Shown here one piece after another: positions 24,531-36,158 of a stretch of 64,000 bases of DNA. Where the stretch lies: the NCBI GenBank assembly GCA_051294905.1, contig CM119371.1:17112001-17176000 (forward strand), read 5' to 3'. The notes below the pieces were generated by a model. It was not told the DNA's origin. It searched no databases and saw only the letters and a program-made list of their open reading frames with translations. This DNA is from Botryllus schlosseri. Taxonomy: Eukaryota. The position numbers and the translations under genes were made by a program. Positions within the stretch are counted from its first letter, which is position 1. The number at the start of each line of letters is the position of its first letter.

Positions 24531-25545
24531 TAAATATGGACGTTCATAAATTTTTGTGTGGTGTTCATGGAAAACATTTATTGGTATCATGGAGAATACT
24601 TATTTGACCAGGGGCGTATTGAAGAAGCGCCTGATTTGATTTGGAGTTACGCAATATGAGATTTCTTTCCCTCCCATCCCCATATCTCGACATTAGACAG
24701 GCAAACGCATTGTTCTCCATGGGTTTGGGTCTTGAGTGACGTTAGGAAATATCGATGTTCTAAATTACTGGCCGGAAACATCTCGTATACAGCCTCCGAA
24801 AATTTGCGAATGTCAAGATATCACGAACTGGCGTGGCAATTACATTTAATTTAGTCTTAGGGAAACCCACCAGCCGATTATTATCTGACGCCGACAGCAG
24901 CATTGGTTATGGGGCTTGTCTTTCTCAAAGTATTAGTCGAGACAGGTATAAATGAGAATCGCTACAGACCTATCGTTTAATGTACGTAATTTGTTGCAAA
25001 AAAATGATAGGTACTAACAGTTGGGTTACCATATTTTTGAAATCTGAAGAGTACACTTTTTCTAAATTTTCAGACTTGCAATACCAGAGAAGAATTCTGA
25101 AAAAAATAGTAAATTTTCGGCACTTTGTGGTCGGTTGACTAGAAAACGGTCAACTTTCTAGCCCAGCTCCGAAAATACAGTCTTTTCCCATTATCACTTG
25201 GTTGAGTAAACTAAAGGTCGACATTGCGACTTAGCTTCCTGAATAGCCGTCGGAGCGTTATGTCCGGGCTGATTGATTGTATCTCAGTCAAATTTTGCCC
25301 TATATATAACAAAAATTCACAACAAAAGAGGACAACATCTCAAAAAAGAGGATATCTGGGTGACCTCCGTGGACTCTTTCAGAAAAGTAAAAAAAGTGGA
25401 CAAATCCTCCTAAAAGATGCGAGAACATAAGTAGCCCCATAACCCACTTAGCCACGGTGCTTGCAGGAAATCGACATAAATTGATTTTGCAAAGGAATAG
25501 AGCTTGATTCATCCAGGCATTAATGATGTTTTTGATTTTATTTAG

Positions 25546-25882
25546 ATCAACAAATTATGGATAAGACCAGATAACGAATCAGGACATGGAAAGACGTGGA
25601 GGCAGGCTTTTGAACGGATGTCTTTTACCGTAAACTGCTGTTACGTACTGGTACCAAAAGCAGCAAAAGTGATACGACATAAAATTTGAGGTAATATCGC
25701 ATATGTGAGGCAATACTTCTTTTGCGTTGCAGATGGAAGGAATCGATGTGGATACGTGGATATCTGTTGCACAGTCTGCGGATTCTTACGCCGCAAACGA
25801 AGTTTTTTTAGAGTCGACTGAGTCGTGCTCACTTCGGATTGAAGATGTTCAAAGATTAACTGCATCGAATTTCTCGGGCAAG
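25546..25882 (+). CDS. NLR-like gene repeat module 4 (exons 25546-25668 and 25733-25882)
   Basis: INKLWIRPDNESGHGKTWRQAFERMSFTVNCCYVLVPKAAK | MEGIDVDTWISVAQSADSYAANEVFL...LTASNFSGK. Phase 0-0, 64-nt intron. Confidence 0.85.
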
Positions 25883-26626
25883 GTGAATAATACATACCCA
25901 AGAAGCATTCGTTTTATGCAGGATGTACATTGCACATTTATACAATAGCTCATCACTCTGGCTTCTGGTCATATATGTGAGAGGTGCAAAATTAATCCTA
26001 TCGGAAGTCAATATAAATTGCCTGAAGTTATGAAAATCAACATCAACAATTCCCACATACGGAGCTATACATCGCGCTCTATTCGGCGTAGAATACACTC
26101 GTTTTCATGTTCATATGAATTGACAGCGACTTGTCATAAGTGTCAGGCATTTTTGCCTGCAAGACAACTTGCCTAAGGATTTTTTCGAAATACGATCTGT
26201 GATAATTACTTATACTTTCTGATAAAAGAAATCTTGTTTCTAGGCCTTTGTAGTGCCTCTCATACGAATATAAAATCAGTAAAGATACCAAGATCAATTT
26301 CGGTGGATAACACTGACTTATACACTGATATATGGGCATATCGCAATCACCTCGTGGCTTAAGTCTTCATCGTAAAGGCTAAATATAGCTACAAAATAAC
26401 TCGTAGATTAACTGTATATTGAAGTTATGTACCTCCAAGAAGCTCTTTTAACTGAAAAGAATATCACAAATTTTAACCGGAAATTATTACAAAATAGAGT
26501 ATTTGGCTGAACAATTGAAATGCAAACCGTTTTAGCGAACATCCATGATTGTAAATTCTGTCACATATACTGCAGACAGAGAAACTAGATGGGTTGAGCA
26601 TATCCCCTGTTTCGTTAGTGTACGTA

Positions 26627-27238
26627 CATTAGGGCTCTTCAAAAATGACTTTTTTTCTCAAATCGCACTGGCTACTTGATAAAATTGTTAGGTTACCTAA
26701 TTCAAGCCTACACACCAAATTTAGTTCAATTCTAACCAGTAGCCGCATTGCTACAGGAGAAGAAAGTTTCTATATATTATATAAAAATAAATATCAAAAA
26801 ATTGGAAAATTTTCTGGTCACCTCCTGAAAGTGTTAGGTTGTCTATAGAAACGATGTTCACCAAATTTGGTTAAATTCCAACCAGTAGAAGCAGAGTTAT
26901 TGCCGTCGAAAAATTTCGATTATGAATAAAATAGTATTTACGGTAACCAATTCTTTAATTATTTATTATAGTGGTGCTCACCGTAAATACTATTTTATTC
27001 AAATCCAAATTTTTCAACCGCAATAACTCCGCTGTCATGGGGTGAACGGAAAATTTTCAAATTTTTCGGTATTTATTTGTAGCCTATATAATAAATCGAA
27101 ACATTTCTTCTGTAGCAATGCGGCTACTGGATGGAATTGAACCAAATTGGATGTGTAGGCTCGAATTAGGTAACCTAACAATTTTATCAAGTAGCCAGTG
27201 TGATTGGAGAAAAAAGTCATTTTTGAAGAGCCCTAACG
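26627..27238 (+). mobile_element. Long-TIR MITE with TA target duplication (Tc1/mariner-like)
   Basis: CATTAGGGCTCTTCAAAAAT...ATTTTTGAAGAGCCCTAACG, with about 250-bp imperfect inverted arms, flanked by TA. Confidence 0.8.
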
Positions 27239-27522
27239 TACATACATTAAAGATATGTTAATATACATACATTAATGAATGCACTGAAAAATGATGTCAA
27301 AACCATAACCACAACACGCCAAGATCCGGTGAGGGGTACCGACACTCCTCCTCGATTTAGCATTGAAATATCAACGGACCGGTAGTACGCATTACGCTCA
27401 GAGCACTAATAACTTGACAAGTATCACGCTGTTCACTGCCGCCTGACATTTCAGGCCACGGAAAACTGTAAGCATATACATTAAGTTCTATTATAGAAGC
27501 CTAACGCAAACAGCAGTTAGTC

Positions 27523-28545
27523 TAGGGTTGCCATACGTCCGGAATTTCCCGGACATGTCCGGAATTTCACTGTTCAAACTGGCGTCCGGGAGGAATTTCT
27601 AAAATATGCCAAATGTCCGGAATTTTGAAGACTTTTCGTAGGCTCATAATTTTTTCGTAAATCAGCATAAAAACAATATTTTTTGGAAATATTTATGCTG
27701 ATGCATGATATTTTTCTTCGCGCTGCGCGCGAATAACTATCAAATCTAGTGATTTTAATATGGAGACTACCACCCTCGCCAAATCTGCAATAAAATATCA
27801 ATAAAAACAACCTTCATTTACTGGAATAAGCCTAATTGCAATCGTAATTATAGGAGAACGGTATATTCCTAGACATCGTTAAAACCGTTTGAATGCTTTA
27901 TTCAAAGATAGTGGTTCCAAACGGGGGGTCGTCGGCCTTTATTCTGGGGTTTGCGAATATGTGGAATGTAATCAGCTTCCAAAATAGCCCGTGAGTAAGT
28001 CTGGGCAAAGGTGCTGACTTCTTTTAGTAATTAGCTCGTCAAATTTTGATCTCGGCCACGGAATATTTTCAAATTGGAGACGAAGTCGCGACCATAAAAG
28101 GTTTTTTCGAACTGTATCTTCGAACTCATCATCCTCCACCAGCGCTAACGCTAACTGTAATCTTGTGGGCGGAGAGCAGTAGCTGTATAGTAATATATGG
28201 AACGACCAATATTATTGACAGAATTCATTAAAATAATTTTACGACCAGATGCATATATAAACCGGATTCATATAGCAAGCACCCCCCCCCCCCCCAGAAG
28301 TTGCATCGATTACCCTATAGTGTGGGCTCAAAATCATTGTATATTTGGACGGGAGGAGGCTGTAAACATGTGCTTTCGGTCCCGGTTACACATCGCACAG
28401 CCACATACTCCTGAACCGGATCGTGACCAGCACCTCTGGTCTCTGAGCAAAGCTTTGCTAGTGTGACGTCATGACTCATTTTGAAATCCACTAGTAGGCG
28501 CTAAAGAGTGTCCAGAATTTGAGTTTCTGAAATATGGTAACCCTA
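27523..28545 (+). mobile_element. Non-autonomous hAT element (TAGGGTT(G/A)CCATA termini)
   Basis: TAGGGTTGCCATA...TATGGTAACCCTA, perfect 8-bp TSD AGTTAGTC, GTCCGGAATT subterminal repeats. The empty site is present in the inverted sister copy near 39640. Related remnants at about 25020-25420 and 47230-47595. Confidence 0.9.
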
Positions 28546-29310
28546 AGTTAGTCTGACTGAAATGTTACCCGAAACACCATTTGACTATCAATACACATCT
28601 AAGCAAGTATGTTGAGAATGTCATTAATAGCCCGAAATATCTCTTGCTGAACTTATCTTAACGAAGTACTTCACTCATATTGCCTTCCAACGCTACAATT
28701 CGCCGGTATAAACGGAATATAATTCAAACCAAGTGTGCAGCGGTAAACAACATCCGATGACTTATGACATCACAATCATTACACGCTCAAGTGCTCACGT
28801 ACTTTGCAGACGAATGTCACGGTGGAGCCGCGTGATAATCCAGCGCAATTTGATTGGTTAATAACGCTGACACCAATCTCTCTAGCCGAGAACAATCGAT
28901 GTTCTTAATTCGAGAGTGATCAGTTTTTGTACACCAAAGGTACCGCCTCGCTGTAGTGTCAAAACGGTTGCGTACACTTCTCTCCTGGACCTTCTTCGCT
29001 TGTTTCGGCATTGAATGTACACATTTTTGTTGACTGGGTGGAGAACAGAATAGGTATTCAGTGGTATGCAGCGTTGCGACCAAATATATTATTAATTGTA
29101 TTCTTCATGCAACGTATGCATTGTCCATGTACCTCATACATAACACGGTTTCGCATTGGTGTTCTCGCCTCTGTGATTAATGACATTGGCATGTTCCTAA
29201 TGGTACCTAGATTGAAACCGCAACATCACTTTCGGATGGCTAAAATGTGGCATATGAGTATTAAATCATCTGACGAGCCGGATGCGGCCGGCGTGTTGTA
29301 TGATTGACAC

Positions 29311-29826
29311 TAGGGCTGGGCAAAATCGAGTACCTGAGTGATTCGATTCTGAATCACGTATTTCGCTTCGAGTCGAGTCGAGTATTCGAGTATCGCTCAT
29401 TATGACGTCACAACAGAATGCACTGTGTCAACGTTCAAATATGTACCTTTTATGCCACCACAAGGAACATAATGCCTGTTTTCGGTCACATTAAAGATAA
29501 TTTTGTATTTTTTTCGACCATACAGACTTCATTCCATTTCTTGGCAATGTTGTAGGATGATGGTGACTTCGGAAATGTGTTATTTCCAGTAACGTTCGTA
29601 GCTTTGTACTATGTCTCGTATGTTGCGACACAGCCAATCAAGGTTTCAAGCCTTCCTGGGTGGAAAATAGTACCAAAACTATAATTATCGTTAGTAAATT
29701 AACTTTGAGTTGCGAGGAGCGTATAATTTCAATACTCGAAAAAATCATCTTTTACTACTCGACTCGAATCATTAAAATTAATACTCGATTCAGATTCGAG
29801 TACTCGAATCATTGTGCCCAGCCCTA
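29311..29826 (+). mobile_element. hAT MITE (TAGGGCTGGGCA termini, TCGAGTAC repeats)
   Basis: TAGGGCTGGGCA...TGCCCAGCCCTA with perfect 8-bp TSD ATTGACAC. Confidence 0.9.
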
Positions 29827-30731
29827 ATTGACACCCCTGCTCTAACTACTCCACTCGAATGATAACAATCAATTCTTATCTCGAATTTGAGTGCACGAAT
29901 CGTTATGCCTAGCCCTCACAGTTCCAGGTAAGAGTGACATTGTTAAACCCAGTTACTTCTTCGATTTACAAAATTATCGCGAACCCTCCTCAATTGGTGC
30001 ACATGGCGGACTGAATTTACGTTAGATTGGAATGTTTACGTGGGGATGGTGTTAACGTGATATTCACGTTCGTGTTCTGTGTGTGAGCCTCAGAAATGAT
30101 TTTGTGTGCGCAGAAACCGTGTCAGCACTGCGCATTTGCGTACGTGCGCAGCATAGAGGTAACATTGCATAATAACGTTGTATTGTTCGAGAAGGCCGTA
30201 GGGAGGTGGGTCATGAGAGGCTCAGAACCAATATTAGAGAAGGACCGGCAGGCAATAGCATTACATGAATGAGTAGCAAAGCAATGGCATCTCCAGTGAA
30301 AATGAAGTTACCGGATATTTGATATGGTTTATTGGCAAAAATGACTTCATGGTATGATCGCAGCCAAATAAAAATGTCACAAAAACGATAACTATTATAT
30401 TTAGAAAGAAAATTGTTTATAACACTTAAGCCATTCTCTTTCACAAAAAAATGCACCTGGTTCGGTACTGTGAATAAGGAAGAAGTAATAGTTGAGCAAA
30501 CTTCGATAAAAATTGCACGAATTGTAACTACGCCTTGCTCGGTGTGTCGTTTCGGCATTGTGAGAACGATCCACCACATGTCTAAAGCCAATCGACCCCA
30601 TCGATTCCGCTATGTTTCGTCATGTTTTATCAAATAGACAGAGAGTATTTATTTAAGCATATTCTGCACATTCAATAGGCCTATATGCATTGCATAGTAA
30701 TCTAACCGATATACTAATCTTTTATTTTCAG

Positions 30732-31062
30732 ATATCAAATCTATGGATGAAGGTTGATTTCGGATCATTTGACGCCGATTTATGGCGAAATACATTTCGA
30801 AGCTTGAAATTCCCCGTCTCTCATTGTATTGTTGCTCCACACAAAATAGAGGTCATTTGTAATTAAGATTTAGCAAGTGTAGCGCCATTAAATCGTCTGC
30901 TACTCATTTTAGAACGGACGAATAGATGTTAAAAAATGGATCGAAGCAGCACAAATTGCTGAATTGGGAGTTATTGACGAAGTAACGTTGTCTCCGATTA
31001 GTTGGCTCACACTCCGGATTCACGATATCCGATTGTTTAATGAAGGAAAATATTGCAGCAAG
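30732..31062 (+). CDS. NLR-like gene repeat module 5 (exons 30732-30851 and 30913-31062)
   Basis: ISNLWMKVDFGSFDADLWRNTFRSLKFPVSHCIVAPHKIE | NGRIDVKKWIEAAQIAELGVIDEVTL...LFNEGKYCSK. Phase 0-0, 61-nt intron. Confidence 0.82.
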
Positions 31063-34000
31063 GTACGTAGCGTTGAAGGGAGGATGCCTACAATCTCAAT
31101 TATTTTTTTTATTTTTTATTAGTTCTATAATGGCTAACTTTATCATGAAAGCAATCCAGAAAAATTGACAGAGACATTTAAGTCTCTACACCTGAATTGC
31201 TACTTATGGAAATGGTTCCTAAATTATTTCATCTCGTGGACACCTTTGGCGGATTTTTCAGCCAAAATATTCCATAGAAAGAATCACCCCGATGATTACC
31301 AAAGGACAATTTTCCCCGCTCAACAACCTGTTGACTGAAGAATAAGACAGCACATACAGACGATTTTTACAGAAAGGGCCGTAACAATATTTTATCGACC
31401 TCCAAAAAACAATGGGTAAGTCCCAATCAACACAACTTCGGGAGAGCTTCGTTCCGCCGCAGACTCCAATATTTCCATTGATACGTACAATTCACGGTTA
31501 CACAAACAGACGCGCACACACACACCCTTTCCGCAGCGAACCAAGTCACGTGTCACGGTATCCGTAGAGGTATCCAATAGTCATATTATGTAGCAGCGAA
31601 CACAATTATATCTGTCGGCTTACCACGCACCAATCGGTAATATAGCTGCTATGATAATCAGTATGCAACTATGTATTAATTTACTGGTCACGCATTTTTT
31701 TTAAGTCTATGTATGAATTTGGTCAATAATATTGGCACTTTCATGGCATATGTGGTGATCGCTATCGTCTTATTTCGGTTTTGTTATTATTGCCTGATTG
31801 GTTAATTATCTGAACGTTGTCTGCTGTAGGCCTAGGTATAAAACCATTGCGTTTCTTTTCATTGTTTGTCTTTGATAATAAACGCCTTGGATATAAAGAG
31901 GTGTATTCGATTCACAACAGCATGCACGCGATCATATTTCCAGCTGGAGCTGATCGAAATGATTAAATAGTGTCTTCGGAAATTTAGGACAGCCATGCAA
32001 CACAGGTAAAACTTTTACTGAAGTTTCGGGTGGCTCCACACTACTTTGTTACGGCATGTTGTTACTTCGTGACCTCTGGTGAAGATTGTGACTAAAGACT
32101 GCCGCAAAGATTCCAAATTCGTGTATCTTGACGGATTGATTATTTCCATCTTCATATCGCATTTGTTCCGCGGGGCTCAGATCTTAAGGACAGGACTATT
32201 CGTTGCCGTGCAGTCATATCGACATAGACGACTTCGGTAAACATTTGTCGGTCATTTTGGATTTAAGGTGATATCACCGTTGATCTTTCTACTTCGCAGA
32301 GTGGCTGGTTTGCGCGAAACGGTAAAGTGTCGTGATGTGTCCTAGCACAGACATACATGTGTCTAATGGTTCCGCAGTACCCTAAAGCGCAACGTTGGGT
32401 CGCCTCAAGCGATACTCTGAAAATACCGTTCTTTCATAATTGTGAAAACAGTTTGACTCAATTCTGTAAATAAAGCGTAGTTTTGCATTATTTTTTCATT
32501 TCTAGTTTTCTAGTGACACTAAATCGCGCGAAGCGCGCAAAGAAATATCTCAGGTTAATTGAATTTGCCCGAATAATTACAACAGAGTTATAGGCATGGC
32601 CCCTTTCGCCTTCTTGCGAATAAATATGCTATAGCACAGGAATGAGTTCGCCACTATCAGTTTTGGCAACATTTCGTCAAGTTAAGTATGTGTTTTTCTC
32701 GATCGGGTAGCTGTTCGCTAAAAATGAAACGAGTTCGATTGCGATCTTTTTTACTTGAATCGATGACGTTGGAATATTTTGTCACTATCTGCAAAATCTT
32801 GACTTGAAAATAACATGAATACCTTTACTAGAGGCCCCGTTGCGATAGATTCGGCATGACATTTGAACGCTTAACAGAAATTGGATGAGAGGCTTTTGCG
32901 GGTTGAACAAAGTTTGTCTCGCAAACTGCACTTTTAGTACACCTGAACTAGTTTAGGTAGAATTTGTAAGTGAAGAAGAGATTTCGAATTGTATTTGAGC
33001 ATACTTCCATAAAAAAACGCCTAAGTAACATAAGTTCAGAAATAGCAAGTTGACTGTACTTAACAGTTTTCACATGAAATATTTGGTAAATCGTTTACTA
33101 TTCAAAATCAAAATCTCCCGTAAAAATTACAAAATTTTCCCTAAGGGCCAAGGGGCTAATTCCATCCGGTTGGTAACCACTGCACAGTCACAAATATGGT
33201 TGCTACTGCTGCTTTCCAAACCTCTAAATTAGGGCATGAAAGTTCTAAAGGGAATAGCACTCCCCAGTCAACATAAGTGCGTACATTCAATGCCGAAACA
33301 GGCGAAGGAAGTGCAGGAGAGAAGTGAACGCAACCGTTTTGACACTACAGCGATGCGGCACCTTTGATGTACAAAAACTGATCGCTCTCGAATTAAGAAG
33401 ATCGATTGTTCTCCTTTCCATCGGCTGGGCAGAGAGATTGGTGTTAGCGTTATTAACCAATCTAATTGCGCTTGATTATCACGCGGCTTAACCGTGACGT
33501 TTCTTCTGCCTAGCTTTGCCAGGTTCGTCAGCACTTGAACGTGGAGGGGTGCCTTTATTTTGTGCTAGGAAACTTATGAAAATTATGGAAACTTATGAAA
33601 CTTATGAAACTTATGAAAACTTATGAAAACTTATGAAACGTATGAAACTTATGAGATGTAACCGCAAAAATTGAAGCCTATTCTGGGTACACGACCACGT
33701 TGCACTGTCAGCTGTCTACGCTTCGATTGTAAGTCAAGCACGCGTCTTCTTGAATGAAGTACGGTTTTTTGATGATACAAATTCCCAGCGATAAAACAGC
33801 GGACCGAATTACTTATACCAAATTCTTAATACAATCAAATACGACAATTAAATACACATCAAAGCCAAATATAACCCTAACTACAACAATATGGCCGTAA
33901 CTAATACACATCAAATATCACTCCTTTCAGCACAGCGCGCTGTTCCAAATGAATCAAGCACGTGTAGTTCTGAAATACAACAAACCATTCATGCGTCACA

Positions 34001-34340
34001 ATCAAGAAGCAGTGGTGTATGGCGAATTCATTACAGGGTGAAATTCTGCGCCAACAATCTCACCCCCAAAAATGGGAAATTTATGACAGTAAATTTATAC
34101 ACATTTTTCCACAGGCGTATCCGTAATTTGTGAATAACACTTCCAATTCAAACAAATGAGTATACATAGCAACGAACCAATTCGAAAATTGCATGAAGCC
34201 AGATACAACACTAAAAGCATTGTGATGCAATGAATAACAAAAACATGTTACATTGTAAACAAATCCAACTCAGTAAGTCGAGATCTAGGATTGGAAACTA
34301 CCATGACTCTGCAAATTTCGTTCAAGGTTACGATCGCTAT

Positions 34341-36158
34341 TCAACCATTATCTATTACAAGATATTTCAATTTGTATGATGTTGTTTGACCAGTAGCAAT
34401 TACATGCATTTTCACAGCGCAAAACTTCTGCCGCTTATGTTTTGTCAATTCATGTTTCAAAGACATTGACCATTCCAATTTCTCAAGACCTTCATCAGTT
34501 AGACGAGCTGATGTATTTACTTGTATTGTGAAGTTACGCAGTATGTCTGTTGAGAAGCCAAGTTTAGTATTTACCGAATCAATTATTCCCGAACACATTT
34601 CACAGGCATTGCCTGGCGAGCCAGGAGGTACCGTAAGAGCCATCAAAGAAGGCTGAACACGTTGGCGATAACACACTTTGATTACCGAATTATTGTTATC
34701 AATTATATTATTTTCCGAAGCCAACTCACTGGCTTCCGCATTGATCGATGGTAATAAGGGAAAAACAGTTTGAGATATCATTTCCGATTCACACATAATA
34801 TTAGGTTCACTTTTGCCCACCAAACAAGGGCTATCGAAATCAATCAGATCAGGCATTGTACAAGAATCACTTTGGCCCGATAAACAAGGGCTATCAAAAT
34901 CAATTAGATCAGGCGTAATATTAACAGGATATGTTGTTGGAACCGATTTAGGGATCAAATTTAACAGAACATTGTTTTGAGATTCTACAGACTGGTGCAG
35001 AATTTTATTTTGAGCATTTTCGTTGTTCCTACCAGAGGCCGCAGCCATAATAAGCTTAGAGTCACGAACTTTTCTCTTTGCACGAATTTCCTCAAGTTCA
35101 AATGAGATTTCAAAATGTTCTCTCTGATGAATCACATTCAGTTCATCAATTTCTCTTTGTTTGATTTGTCTCCAGATTTCCACCATGGACTTGCATTCAC
35201 GTTCAAGCTTTTCCTCTTCAATTCTTCCTTTCCGAGCAATTTCTTCTCTTTTTGTTTCTATCTTTTGTATTCTTTCTTCTTCATCACGCTGATGACGCAA
35301 CATCAGCTGTTGTTTCTCCAATGTGTGCCGTTGAGATGTTGTGACAGTTCTGGCTTCGAGAACTGCTTCTTTTCGAATTATTTTCACTCCTCCAGCTGAG
35401 GTAGACTTTGATGATATTGAGCCATAAGATTGACTAACATGACTTTTGGATTGTAAACTGGATCGACTGCCAACCCTCGAGATTGATCTGGTTGCTGTCC
35501 TATGAAAAGTGCCTTTGGTTTGCAATACACTTTCGACGCCCCCTTTCACATTACGCGACGCCATGCTGACAGACACACAACTCGAACTTGGATTTGTATT
35601 GTTTGGGTTGCTCGAGCTGCTTTTGTTAGGTCGTGCCGTAGCTTCCACCGAGGCCATGCTATCAAACACACAACTCGAACTTGGTTCTGTCTTGCTTTGG
35701 TTGTTCGAGCTGCTTTCATTTGATCGTGCTGTAGCTCCCACGGAGGCCGTGCTAACAGACACACAACTCGAACTTGACTTTGTATTGCATTGGTTGTTCG
35801 AGCTGCTTTCGTTTGGTCGTGCCGTAGCTTCCACCAAGGCCATGCTATCAGACACACAACTCGAACTTGGTTTTGTATTGCTTTGGTTGTTCGAGCTGCT
35901 TTCATTTGGTCGTGCTGTAGCTCCCACGGAGGCCATGCTAACAGACACACAACTCGAACTTGGCTTTGTATTGCATTGGTTGTTCGAGCTGCTTTCATTT
36001 GGGCGTGCTGCAGCTTCCGTCGCGACGTGATCGTAGGCTTTGGCGTGTATTGCTTGTTTGTTTGGACTTTCCACAAACCCAGATAACATCAGGGCGTCGA
36101 TCCCACGTTCATTTGGCATTTGTTGATTGGAGCTGGTTGTATTAACGAACGGTTCCAT
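34341..36158 (-). CDS. 605-aa single ORF of the LTR element (gag-like, low complexity)
   Basis: Uninterrupted ORF between the LTRs: five 31-aa repeats, a Ser-rich tract, a charged coiled coil (EEERIQKIETKREE...), and two PDLIDFDSPCL motifs. The Ser-rich plus coiled-coil layout recalls BEL/Pao gag N-termini; no CCHC knuckle seen. Confidence 0.7.
   Translation of the reverse strand: MEPFVNTTSSNQQMPNERGIDALMLSGFVESPNKQAIHAKAYDHVATEAAARPNESSSNNQCNTKPSSSCVSVSMASVGATARPNESSSNNQSNTKPSSSCVSDSMALVEATARPNESSSNNQCNTKSSSSCVSVSTASVGATARSNESSSNNQSKTEPSSSCVFDSMASVEATARPNKSSSSNPNNTNPSSSCVSVSMASRNVKGGVESVLQTKGTFHRTATRSISRVGSRSSLQSKSHVSQSYGSISSKSTSAGGVKIIRKEAVLEARTVTTSQRHTLEKQQLMLRHQRDEEERIQKIETKREEIARKGRIEEEKLERECKSMVEIWRQIKQREIDELNVIHQREHFEISFELEEIRAKRKVRDSKLIMAAASGRNNENAQNKILHQSVESQNNVLLNLIPKSVPTTYPVNITPDLIDFDSPCLSGQSDSCTMPDLIDFDSPCLVGKSEPNIMCESEMISQTVFPLLPSINAEASELASENNIIDNNNSVIKVCYRQRVQPSLMALTVPPGSPGNACEMCSGIIDSVNTKLGFSTDILRNFTIQVNTSARLTDEGLEKLEWSMSLKHELTKHKRQKFCAVKMHVIATGQTTSYKLKYLVIDNG
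35570..36025 (-). repeat. Coding tandem repeat, 5 x 93 bp with alternating A/B variants
   Basis: TCGAGCTGC recurs at 35612, 35705, 35798, 35891 and 35984. The unit is ATARPNESSSNNQ(C/S)NTKPSSSCVS(V/D)SMASV(G/E). Confidence 0.95.

Larger units (their letters stand above)
26310..29040. repeat. Composite interspersed repeat, copy 1 (inverted sister at about 33260-33546 plus 39470-40800)
   Basis: 26310-26626 matches the reverse complement of about 40523-40800. 27240-27520 and 28555-28703 match 39470-39897. 28780-29040 matches 33260-33546. Confidence 0.85.

Noticed and set aside
35570-36025. CRISPR-like array (also 52460-52860 and the AAACTTATG arrays)
   Set aside because: Eukaryotic context, no unique spacers and no cas genes; these are coding or TE-associated tandem repeats.
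35115-36145. Several + strand and alternative-frame ORFs overlapping the 605-aa ORF
   Set aside because: They are shadows of a stop-poor 93-bp repeat and a low-complexity coding strand.
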